DNA of 37,234 bases from Raillietiella orientalis. Lineage: Eukaryota. Each line of letters opens with the position of its first letter. The first letter of the stretch is position 1. The notes below the pieces were generated by a model. The model saw only the letters and a list, made by a program, of their open reading frames with translations, was not told the DNA's origin and did not search any database. Where the stretch lies: contig JAYWIR010000043.1 of the NCBI GenBank assembly GCA_036172245.1, positions 1,798,001-1,835,234 of the forward strand, given 5' to 3'. Of this stretch, positions 12,501 through 23,241 are shown piece by piece. A program made the position numbers and the translations under genes.

Positions 12501-13720
12501 CCTCTGTTTGCACAGAGGGTTCGCCTACCGCGGTCGCGACTTCGTCGTCAGCGAGGCGGGGAATATCTCCTCCGGTGGGGGTCTCGGGGACCTCCACACG
12601 CTCCAAAGCGACCGAGCATTCGGGAGCAACGCGCGGCGTTGTCTCCTATTTAAAAAAGATGTCACGGTTTCCGCTGTCGAACCTTCGGTTTTCTTGATTT
12701 TTTTCGTTTCAGGCTTTGCCTTATGCCAGCTCTCGCTCTCTCCAGCGTCGTCGGGAGTACCCTCGACCGGCGCTTGCTGCACGAGTTTGGGCTCTGGCTG
12801 TGGGTTCCGCCTCTCGGGTGCCTCCTTAGGCTTGTCCGATCTCCCCGCGCGTTTCCCTTTGGCTTTTTTCAAAGTAGGGGGAGCCGGGGTTTCGCGTTTA
12901 GGACACACCTTCCGCAGGTGGCCCTTTTCGCCGCAGTGGAAGCACTGGATGTGGGGGCACCGTTTTTTAAGGTGCCCTGTGGCATCGCAGTGTCCACAGT
13001 ACTTGGGCTTACCCACGTACCAGACGTCGACGACCTCGTTGCCGACGTCTAGTTTGTGGGGCAGCCCACCGTTTTCCTTGACGGTCACACGAGCTGCGGC
13101 CATGCCACTGAACAGTCTTCCGTAGCTTTGGAAGATGTTCGGCTTGGTCCATACCGCGTGTACCGTACCGTATTTGCTTAATTCCTCCTTCACGCCGGAT
13201 TTTGACATGCGGAGGGATACTTCCGTAAGATGCGCTACCACAGAGCGATCCTCGGTTACAGGGAAGACCTTTCTGCCTTCCAGCATGAGGGCGGTATTCA
13301 GCAGGCGTGGCGCCAGGCTTGCATCTCTGCAAGTAAGCTCCACCCGCTGGCCCCCACTGAGCAATGAAAGGCCTTCCAGGTCCTCCTCTTTGACGTCTAG
13401 CCGCTGTAATTCTCTTCCGAAATTGCGGGCGTTATTTCCAAGGAACAGGTTTCCTACCTTGTAAATCAAGGACGGCTTGTATCCTTATTCCAGGTAGGCC
13501 CGTTGTTCTGCTAAGGCTGCTGGAGATGGCGCTGCAGCCACGGAGCTCCAGGTCTTCGTGGATGGAGCAGGTGGATCCAAGGACGCGGTTGCTCCCTTTT
13601 TCAAGGAAGCGGTTGCCCTCTCCTCCGTGGGGGCGGCTGCCCCACCTCTGTGGGTTGGGGAGAGGAACCATCCTCTCCCCCGCCAACTTCCATCTCGGTG
13701 TCCTCAGGCATTTCTGCCAT
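12501..13720 (-). pseudogene. ORF1 gag-like nucleic-acid-binding protein with two CCHC zinc knuckles
   Basis: The 314-aa open segment 12525-13469 contains LSKYGTVHAVW (RRM-like) and CGHCDATGHLKKRC / CFHCGEKGHLRKVC (CX2CX4HX4C). The N-terminus is broken by a frameshift and a stop. Confidence 0.9.
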
Positions 13721-13810
13721 GGGACACCGGCGATGCACCACGCACTAACACACTAAAAAAAGGCTTCGAAAACTCGCGCGGCAGGAGCGCAGAAAAAACA
13801 CGTCCGCACG
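12501..13810 (-). mobile_element. 5' UTR and most of ORF1 (copy MA), 3'-deleted
   Basis: 5' motif GCGGACGTGTTTT at 13807-13795 and ATG at 13720. Abuts an ORF2 interior on the opposite strand at about 13811. Confidence 0.9.
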
Positions 13811-16648
13811 CTTCCTTTACGCCAGGGCGCCTCCGGAACAAGATGCCTCTCGGCGCTTGCTTCCGGACGGTGCCCCGGCAATAGGGGAGGAGGAGAAGGA
13901 AAACCTCGACGAGCCTTTCACCACCGGCGAAATTCTCGCCGGTATCAAAAGGCTAAAGAGGTGGAGAGCACCAGGGGAGGATGGCCTGCCCGCGGAGTTT
14001 TTTCAATGCTTCGCGACGGAGTTGGCACCACTGTTGCTTTAGTTGACAAGGCTTATCTGAGAGGAAGGCGATGTTCCCGACTCGTTTCGCTCAGCCAAAG
14101 TGGGGCTCCTTCCCAAGGGAGGAGACCTCAGAGAACTGAGCAACTAACGTTCGATCACCATTGTTTATACGGACGCCAAGCTGATCGCCGGACTGTTTGC
14201 GTCGCGTCTAGGACAGGTGGCAGAATCCGTAATTAGCCCGGTACAGATTTACGCTCTTCCCGCTCGAAGTATGGACGTCAACCTCTTGTTCGCGAGCACA
14301 TGGTTTTGTTGGCAGAGTAGTAAACATGATCGAGAGCGTGTAAGTGGCTGCCCCGCTATTGGGGCGCTAACTGGGCAGAAAAGGGACACCGCGACGGAGA
14401 AGGGGGTCCTAGCGATCGCGGTCGATCTGCATAAAGCGTTCGACTGCGTAAACCTGGAGCTTCTGTTGGAGCTCCTGGGTCGCTTGGGCTTCCCACCCTG
14501 CCTACTAAACTACCTGCGCTCCTGCTGGCGCAATGCTATGATCAACGTCTCTTTCAGTAGTCAACAGGTGTACGGCGTGCCGGTTCGACGGGCATCAGGC
14601 AGGGCGATAGCCTCAGTCCCCTGCTCTTCAGCGCCTACATCGAGTTGGTGCTGAGAGAATGCAAGGTGACTTTGGCTGCCTTGCCGAGCGCGTGCCCAGG
14701 TACGCCCGCCGTAGTGGCTTACGCCGATGATCTTTTGATCCTTTTGCTTATGTCCGCACCGGCTGCCGCAGTCGAGGATTCTTCGATCTGCTCATCCGCG
14801 GGACTGGACTACGGATAAAGAAGGCGAAGTCATCGGTGGTACCGGTGGGTGCGACGTGGGTCGGATGGCCTGACTGGATCCGTTTGGGGATCCCCACGGC
14901 GAGGAGCTTGAAGTACCTTGGTGTGCCGTTGGGGGACTATTCCCCTTCGGAAGCGTGGTCTGGTCGTCTCCGGAAAGTAGAGTTGGCGATCGGCTCGTTC
15001 TTGGAAGACAGGTTTCTCCTTCCGGAACGGGCCGCGGTGTGGAACGCGTTCGCGGCTCAGATCCTCCGCCCCCTGCTTTTTGTTTGCCTCGTCCCGTCGC
15101 AGTTGAAGAAACGGACGAAGGACCTCCTAAGGATCGCCCTTTGGGAAAGAGGGACGCCCCGAGTCCCGTTGATGGACTTGTCTGCTCCGCGTCGGGATGG
15201 CGGTCTCGACCTCTTGACGCTGGAGCGAGTGGAGACTCAGCTGCGATGGCGTACCCTGGCCATCGCAGCGAGGTTGTGGAGCAGCCCTTGGTGCATTCCG
15301 GCCCGCCTCCTAGCCAGCCGTGTGTCCCGCTGCGATGGACTCGCGTCCTTTCTTCTGCGCCCAGGCCAGAAGATAAGAAGATGCGGCCTGCTGCTCGGGC
15401 GCATGGCAACATTGGTCAAGGAGAACGTCTGTGTGGCATGCAGCCCCGCCAACTCCTCCGCATGGCTGGAGGAATCTGTTGGAACGTGGGCGAGGTTAAA
15501 TGCCCAAGGAGAAGAAAATTACAAGTGCCTGCGATTTTACAACCGTGCTCCATGCAGCCTGCGGACCTTCTTGCAATGCCCTGCCCGGTGCACGTGGGCA
15601 GAGACCATGGCCCTAGCTACGGCAATGCCCTTCCTGAGGAGGGCGCTCTCCAGCAGCCGCACGCCTCGGTGGCATGTCTACTGCCGAATCGCAGGCAGAG
15701 AGAAGAAGTTAAGCGGCTGGACCACGGCGCAGCTGGCCGATGCCACTACCCGAAGTGTCCTCCCGCGTGGTTTAAAGAGATGGGTCGAGCTGCTCAGCAT
15801 CCCGATAGATGAGCTGATGTGGCACCCGGATTTTATTGGATCGAGTGTCCTCCCCCTGAAGTGTCAGGAGTAGGCGCTTCTGTTGTTGCATTGGGGTCTA
15901 CCATGCAACGCGCGCCGCCACCACTGGACCAGGGGTCGAGTAGATCCTTCCTGCATCAGGTGTGGGGAGCGGGAAACCCTCTTCCACCTCCTTGTTGATT
16001 GTGCTGCCCTCCGACACCTGTGGGAACGTCTTCGTGCCTCCCTACGGATCCAGGAGGGCAGCCAGCCCAGAGACGAAGTGTAAGGCCTGAGTGTGCCAAG
16101 AGCGGGCAGCGGAAATCGTTCCCCCACCTACTCGTTGACTGTGCTGCCCTCCGACCCCTATGGGAACGGTTAGGGACGATCCTCGGGCTCCGAATGGGCA
16201 GAGCGCCTAGAGACGTTCTTCGGCCCCTCTTCGTGCGGGATGCCCTGTAGCCCGCCGCAGCCTTCGCAGCCCTTTACTGTATCCAAGGTATCGTGGCGGC
16301 CTGGAGCGATACCCGCGACGGAGGAGTAGACGCCAACTAGAAGGAAGTCATCCCGTATACTGAGCTTCATGCCAAGAGCTGCGAGATGGTCCCATCTGGG
16401 AAATATGAGGACAGACCTCGAGGGCTTCCTTCGACCGATGGGTCCTCCCCACAGCGTCCGGCGATCCCTTCCCTGCCCTCCAAACTCATTTTGTATGTTT
16501 ATCTCTTTTATTTTTCTTTTTGTTTTTCCCCCATCCCCTTTCGCTGTCGGTGAGTGCCACGTCGGGCTGCGTCCCGTTGTCCCGACAGCTCGCGTGTCCA
16601 TGGCCGTGGTGGGGCCTTGTACCACGCATTGTCAAGTTTATAAAAAAA
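13811..16648 (+). mobile_element. ORF2 RT-to-C-terminus pseudogene plus 3' UTR (copy A)
   Basis: RAPGEDGLPAEFF, VDLHKAFDCV, GIRQGDSLSP (frameshifted), YADD at 14720-14731, KYLGVPL, APRRDGGLDL, HWGLPCN..CIRC..HLLVDC. T-rich UTR and an end at TATAAAAAAA-CG. Confidence 0.92.
15938..16215 (+). repeat. Diverged tandem duplication (about 138 nt unit) of the ORF2 C-terminal finger
   Basis: HLLVDCAALRHLWERL and HLLVDCAALRPLWERL are encoded consecutively, with a junction near 16076. Confidence 0.85.
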
Positions 16649-17562
16649 CGCCTTGGGCGTAATCGCGTGGTAACGCCAATTTCGGCAGGTAGGAGTTCCA
16701 TAGGGAATTCGTCCCAAAACTCCCGGACCGAGCGCTTGAAGCGGTTTCTGTCCTGAAGCGTCTGCAAGCTGAAACCACGTATGAATCCAAGGAAATGCTC
16801 CGCGGCATCCGGAAGTTTCAGCCAGTCCCCCGTTCAACGCCACGCAGATGACGGGGGATCCCTATGGCGTGGGCGCAACTCGTGTACGATCCGGTCATGG
16901 TCCGACAGTTCCGGAGGTAACTTGCTATGCCTGCCCACGCGTGAGCATAGGTGCTGGTCAAGAAACACGTGATCTATGCTGTCGGCCATTTCCGGATCTC
17001 CCGCGAACAAGTTGCGCGTGTGCATCTCTGCGCACAGCTCGTTCACGCGGTCCCGAAGTGTGTCGGACGCACCTGACAGGAGTCGAAGGTAAAAGTCACC
17101 TGAGATTAGGTGCGCTTTGCGCACTTCCGCTTCGTCCAGATATTGGCGCCTCAGGGTAAGGAAGAAATCTCTCCATGCCTTTGCCCTTAACGCGTCGCTG
17201 CCGCTTGGAGCGTACACGTTGGTAATGGCCAGATCGATTTACGCGGACCACCTGATGGTCAACTGCCCGACGCGACCGGCACTATCGAACCGTACGCCCT
17301 TTGCCGCGGCCTCGACAGCTGGCCGAAGCCGGAACGCGACACCGCAAGATTTAACGGTGCCGCAACGCCACAGGAGCCGTCCACCCGAGATACGCTCGAT
17401 CTCCGTTGCCTGGTCTGCCGAGATCACGTGGATCTGCTACAGTAGCACCAGGTCGAACGATGCCATGGTGGAGGCCATGTCTCGTCTCTTGCCGTCGTCG
17501 CTTAGCCCGTTGACGTTCCAACAGGCAATTCGCAGACGGCGGCAAGAAGCGATTCCCGGCAT
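16649..17562 (-). pseudogene. ORF2 N-terminal AP-like endonuclease
   Basis: MPGIASCRRLRIACWNVNGL, NVYAPS, GDF, IDHVF and SDH catalytic motifs. Confidence 0.9.
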
Positions 17563-19189
17563 TAATGATGAGAACGGGTCGTTGCAGCACCTGTCAAGGG
17601 ACAGGTGGGAGAAACGAGTAAGGGGACCGCGGCCATCTCAGGCACTTGAAGCACCTGGGACACAGACTCTACCGTTTCCCTCCCTCCGTGGTCGCAGCGT
17701 AGGGTTACCTCTCGAGGAGAGTCCCCGGAGTTCCCAACTTTGTTCGCACGCTCGCTTCCTTCAATTATCACTCCCTTTTCTACGGACGGGATAATTTTGC
17801 GGGTAGCCTTCTTTGTGCGACTGGCCTTCCGGCGGGAGGCCGCAATACCGCAGGCTGTGTTTTCCGCCTCTGCGTCAGAGTTCCGAATCTCCGACTTCTT
17901 GATCGAGGTCGGACGCCTTAAGCCTTTTTCGCGGATTTAAGGGGACGCTGCAAGGACGCAGCCAGCTCCTCCGCCGCTCGCTCAAAGGCGACGTCGTCGA
18001 GCATGCGTTCGACGACGGACGCCACCGCCGGGTCGATATGCTCCGGCATTAATTTGCCGGAGGGCTGAGAGTCGGCAGAGACGAGTGCAATTTTGCCGCT
18101 CTGTTCGACCTCAGGAATGCACTTTCAGACGACGGAGCAGCGTTTGATTTTTTCGCGACGCGGCAAATTCTCGCTGCGTTTCGCGACATTCTTTTGATTT
18201 TGATCTTTGAGGTTTTTCTGCCTCTTGGATTTTACTGACTGCCATCCAGGTTCCTGGCCGTCCTCCTCGAACTTGTCCGCGTTTTTCGACAAGATCTCTG
18301 AGCTGACGTTTTCCTGGGGCACGATAGCTTTAGCGGCGGCTCTCTCTCGGGCTACTAGAACTCTTTTTTTTTTTGGCCGCGCCCTTCTTCGCATTCCTTG
18401 CGGACGCGACGCGGACTTCATTTTGCGGGCACACCGGAAGAGTGTGCCCGGGTTGCTGCATTGCTTGCACTGCAAGTGGAGGCAGTTTTTTCTCAGGTGA
18501 CCTGAAGTGCTGCAATGCCCGCAGAAATGCGGCTTACCAATATACTAGATGTCAACGGGCTCGCCGTTGACCTCCAGCTTGTTTGGTAAGGAGCAACCCT
18601 CGCGGACCGTGATTTGCGCGGAATCCAGACCGCAATTGAGAAGATCATATTCCCAAAACGGAATTGGCTTTTTTCACAGCGCGTGCACCGTGCCAAATTT
18701 CAACAATTTCTTTTGGACAGCCTCTTTGGCCCTCCGGAAGGTGATTCCGAGGAGGTGGATCACGATGGATCTATCCTCCGTGATGAAGAGGAGCCGGCGA
18801 TTACCCAAAGGAACAGGTGTACGGAGCAGACGTTGGGCAACACTTGCTTTTTTGCAAATCACTTCCACGTACTGTCTACGGCTCCTGATGGTCATCGCAA
18901 AGAGCTCCTCCTGTGGAACTTTGAGGGAGTGCATCGCTTTCGATAAAGCGCGTGCACTCTCGAAGGAGTAGAGATTGCCTACCTTATAGAGTAGCCTTGG
19001 ATTGTACCCCTTTTCCAAGTAGGCCTTTAATTCGGCCGCAGCCGCCGGCGATGGCGCTGCAGCCACGGAACTCCAGCTTCTCCCTGACGAGGGAGTCGCT
19101 TCTGTGGGGGCGCTTGCCCCAACATCCATTGATTCAGGGGGCGACATAGACGCCGCCCCCTCCTTATCACTGGCGGTGGTCCCAGGCAT
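17562..19189 (-). pseudogene. ORF1 (gag-like, CCHC knuckles), frameshifted
   Basis: MPGTT..SWSSVAAAPSPAAAAELKAYLEKGYNPRLLYKVG..KFGTVHAL and QCKQCSNPGH-type knuckle. Ends at the TAA of TAATG. Confidence 0.85.
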
Positions 19190-19287
19190 TGCGGCCTAGC
19201 CACCACCAAATCCACTAGCACACCAGAAAAAAAAGAAAAATGAAACCACAAACGCTCGGGAGCGAAACAAACACCCGTCCGCTCTCG

Positions 19288-22200
19288 TTCGCGGACTGAG
19301 ACAATCTGAAAAGATCGGTCCGCGAGTTTTGCTGCCGTTTTCCCTTGCACCAGTTTATGCGCGGGTTCAAAGAGGGTGTAGCCAACAGCAGAGATCTTCT
19401 GCCGCCCCGCTTTTACTCCGGGCGCGCAGACGTTAGTTGATTATCCGAGTACAATGCCAAGGCCGAGCGCCAGGTCTGGCAGTCAGGGGCGACAGTTCTG
19501 CTCGACGACCAGGACCGGGAATGCTCGGCTCCAGCCGACGTGCGACGGATAGTCAGGCGCTATTACTCATCTCTGTATGCAGAGGCACCGACGGAAAGCA
19601 GTCTATCCGAGCTGCACCTGCCGATTGATGCACCTGTTGTAAACGAGGAAGAACGCGCGCGTCTTGATGAGCCCTTCACGGCCGAGGAAATTTCTTCGGC
19701 CATCTCGGGACTCAAGAGACGAAAAGCGCCAGGCGAGGATGGACTCTTCGCGGAATTATTTCAGTGCTGTGCGCAAAGCTCATCGCCCTGGTGCTCCAAC
19801 TTTCGTCGCTGATGCGAGACGCGGGCGATGTCCTCGTCTCGTTTCGCTCAGCGAAGATGCGTCTCCTGCCGAAAGCGGATATTTGCGCCAACTGAACAAT
19901 TGGCGTCCGATCACATTAGTTAATTCGGACGCTAAGTTTTTCTTGAAACTTCGGGTGACGCGGATGGGTAGGATCGCCGAATCCTTGGTAAGTCCGGAGC
20001 AGACCCACGGTGTTCCTGAGCGGTCTATGGACGCGAACCTCTTGTTCTTCGGAACATGGCTGCAATTGCAGCATTGCGTGGCAATGGATTGTCGTGAGGT
20101 AGCGACGGCTTCGATATCTCACCGAAATAATCGCGGGCTGCAAAGGGGAACCCCGGGAGCCTTGGCGGTTGCAGTCGATTTGCAAAAAGCTTTCGATTGC
20201 GTGAGCGAAAAGCGTTTTCTTGAGCTCTTGGAAAGTCTGAGTCTCCCGGCATCCCTGTTAACGTACTTGCGCTCCTGCTGGCGCCACGCGATTACATTCA
20301 TTGTTTTCAGTGGCTGTCGCTTGTACGGCGTGCCGGTACGGCGAGGAATTAGGCAGGGCGATAGCTTAGCCCGCTGCTCTTAAGCATCTATTTTGAATTT
20401 GTGCTGGAGGCTTACAGACTGACGCTAGCCAACCTGCCGAGCTTCTGTCCAGGTACGCCGTCCGTGGCAGCGTATGCCGTCGTCCTGCTTCTTCTGTTGC
20501 CCATGTCCACCCCGGCGGCGTCGCTTGAAGATTTCTTTGAGTTGATCCGTCGCGGTGCGGTCGTGAGCGTCAACAGGAGAAAGTGCATGGTTATTCTAGT
20601 GGGAGCGACGTTGGAGAGGCAGTCCGACTGCATCCTTCTAAGGATCCCCACTAGCAGGTACCTGAGGTATCTTGGCGGGCCGTTGGGCGACTTCTGCATC
20701 TCAGAAGCGTGGTCGGACTGCTTTCGGAAGGCAGAGCGTGCACTTGACCCGTTCTCAGGAGGCGAGTTCGTCCTACCGGAAAGGGCCGGCATCTGGAACA
20801 CCTTCGTTGCCCCCTTTCTTCGCCCCCTGTTTTTTGTTTGTCCACCCCCCAGGAAGTCAAAGTCTGGGCACAGCGCCTTCTACGCAAAGCGTTGTGGGGC
20901 GCTGCAAGATCCCGCGTGAGGCTTAAAGACTTGGTGGCGCCGCGTCAGGATGCAGGCTTGGGCATCCTAGACTTAAAAAGTATGGAGCTGCAGGTGCAGT
21001 TTTGAATGCTGCGGCTCTGTGCCAAGCTGTGGTGTACGCCGTGGTGCTTACCCGCACGCCTTATACTAAGGCGCTGCACGGGAAGCGAGGGACTGCTTTC
21101 GTTGCTGCCCCACATTCGGCACACCAGAATAGGGTTTGGCTTCCCGCTGAGGCAGCTGTCCTCACTGCTGGAAGCCCAATGTTGCATCTCCTGCCGCCAC
21201 TAGAACCTGAAAGCTTGGCGGCAGGAATCTTTTTCATCGTGGGCTGCTTCCAAAGGAACGCGTTTGGAAGATCTTCGACGCCTGCGACTTCTCCTCAGTC
21301 ATCCAATGGACGAAGTCATGCGGCACAAGAAGAAGTCGGATCATCTGGCCACCACACCACTCGCCGCAGCGCTGTCTGCCCTCAGGGCAAGCAACGACAG
21401 TTGCCTACCGGCGAAATGGGAGTTCTCCTGTTAAATAGCGGCAGTCAGTAAGCTCCTCGGCTGCTGGACGACAAAGGAACTGGTGGAGACTGCCACTCCT
21501 CCTAATCGGGAGAAGGGGCTGCTTCGGTAAGCTGAGCATTTAAGTGTGCCCCCCGGAGCGATAGTGGTTCCCCCCGTTGGTTTGGACAAGTCCGTGTTCC
21601 CCTTTAAGTGGAAACAAGATGTGCTGCTCTTTTTACACTGGGGCTTCCACTGTAATCGGCAGCGAAGCATCGTTTCCGGGGGAGCTGCTTCGCCAAACTG
21701 TTTGAGGTGCGGTGAGATCGAGTCTTTTCCGCACCTCTTGCTGGACTGCGGTGACCTCCGTGAACTGTGGCGAAGGCTGATTTCAGCCATCCTGCCGCAG
21801 AAAGGCACTGCCATTGATGTGCTGCGGCGCTTCTTCAGCAGGATTGGATTTTCGGTTGGCGCGATTGTCGCAACCATGTGTTGCATTCGCGCCATCGTGA
21901 AGGCCCGCTACGCCCTGGAGTTGTCAGCGCAGCAAAGGGAGGCTCACCGGTTTGCATCAAAATCTATGGAAAAGGCTGCTTCGTGGCTTCATCTTCGTGC
22001 CAAGGTGAAAGAGGACATCGCCGGCATTCATCGCCGGTTTCCAGACTTTTAAAAACGGCTTAATCCGATGATCACTATGTCCTGAAGCCTATCCATACCC
22101 CTTCCTTGCTCGCTTATCTAAACTTCCGGTGCCATTACTTTTATCCCTGTGCGAACCAGAGCGATCCCAAAGACCCTTGTCCCGGCGTCTTCCATTGATT

Positions 22201-22375
22201 TCTTTTTCTTTTGTTCTTGTTTGTTTGTGTTCCCAGTTACCACACGCCGCTCTGTGTTATTCTGGCCTGCGTGCCAGCAATTTTCTCTTGTTCCTTCTTC
22301 AGTCGTCCGTTGGAAGCATGGTTCCCAGCTGGTTTATTTTATATAATTGTTTTTGTTTATGTTATATGAAATAAA
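19288..22375 (+). mobile_element. ORF2 linker-RT-finger pseudogene plus 3' UTR (copy Q)
   Basis: LKRSVREF, KAPGEDGL, NNWRPITLVNSDAK, VDLQKAFDCV, GIRQGDSL, YAVV (mutated YADD), HWGFHCN..CLRC..HLLLDC, stop at 22050-22052. T-rich UTR and AATAAA at 22370-22375. Confidence 0.92.
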
Positions 22376-23158
22376 CGTATTCGCGTGACCGGGTGAAAAA
22401 TCTCCTGCGCTTGTTTTGCAGAGATCAAATGGATCTTTTGCAGCAGCGCAAGGTCGAACGATTCTAGAATGGCGGCCATATCTGTTCTCCTGCTGGCGTC
22501 TGTGATGCCGTTTACATTCCATACGGCGATGTGCAAACGACGGCGCGAGGAGATTCCCGGCATTACTGCCGGGAAGATGACGGTGTGGGGGAACCCGCCT
22601 CGGAAGAGGCGGGTGAGATGACCATTAGGGTTTCGGCCTCCTTAGGCACCTGCAGTACCATTCAGGCGTCCACCCCTCCATCTCCTTCGTGTCTGTGCGT
22701 GGTGTTCTCTCGGGTGACGATTCGCGGGATTCTCCCACGCTCATGGCACTCTCGCAGTCGGAAGTCATCTCCACGCCTTCGGCCTGGAGAGGGGCTTTCC
22801 GGGGTTTGCTGGACTTCCTTCCAGCCTTCCGGCGGGGTGCCGCGGAGATGGAAACTTGGTTTCCGGCATGCGCTTCGGTGTCGGAAGTTACCGACTCCTC
22901 GGTGGAGGCCGGACGCCTCACTGCCTTTTTGCCAGCCTTGGAGGGGTCTAGCTGTAACGATGCAGGCTGCTAGTCCGCCACACGCTCGAAGGCGGCGTCT
23001 TCGATCACGGTCTCGATGACGGACGCTTCCGCCGGTTCGCTCCCCACGCTGTTGACATTTTCAACAAAGGATTGCTCATCGGAAGCTGCGAGTTCTACCT
23101 TGCTAAAAAGAAAGGAACAAGAACGCGTTCGACGGGAACGCGTTCGACGATGACGCTG
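22376..23158 (-). mobile_element. Copy D, distal part: ORF1 C-terminus and start of ORF2 endonuclease
   Basis: ASVIETVIEDAAFERVAD is homologous to ORF1 of copy MB. TAATG is followed by MPGISSRRRLHIAVWNVNGI. It reads on from 28796-30000 across the TSD (FKKCSV/IVERVP). Confidence 0.88.
23147..23158 (+). repeat. Left target-site duplication of copy C (ACGATGACGCTG)
   Basis: Identical 12-mer at 28796-28807 directly after the 3' end of copy C. Confidence 0.9.
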
Positions 23159-23241
23159 GACGGAAGTGTTCTGTGTTGCTCCTCGAGCGCGATTCCTTTC
23201 CAACTTCTTTGTGTGCGGTGTGCCCGAGTGCGTTCACTAGG

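Larger units (their letters stand above)
16649..19287 (-). mobile_element. 5' UTR, ORF1 and APE endonuclease (copy MB), interrupted just after the endonuclease
   Basis: 5' motif GAGCGGACGGGTGTTT. ORF1 and ORF2 segments as listed in the next two features. Confidence 0.92.

Noticed and set aside
13720..13900. A new element type with divergently transcribed ORF1 and RT genes
   Set aside because: The RT blocks begin at three different internal positions with no start codon, and copy C shows the ordinary collinear ORF1-ORF2 layout.
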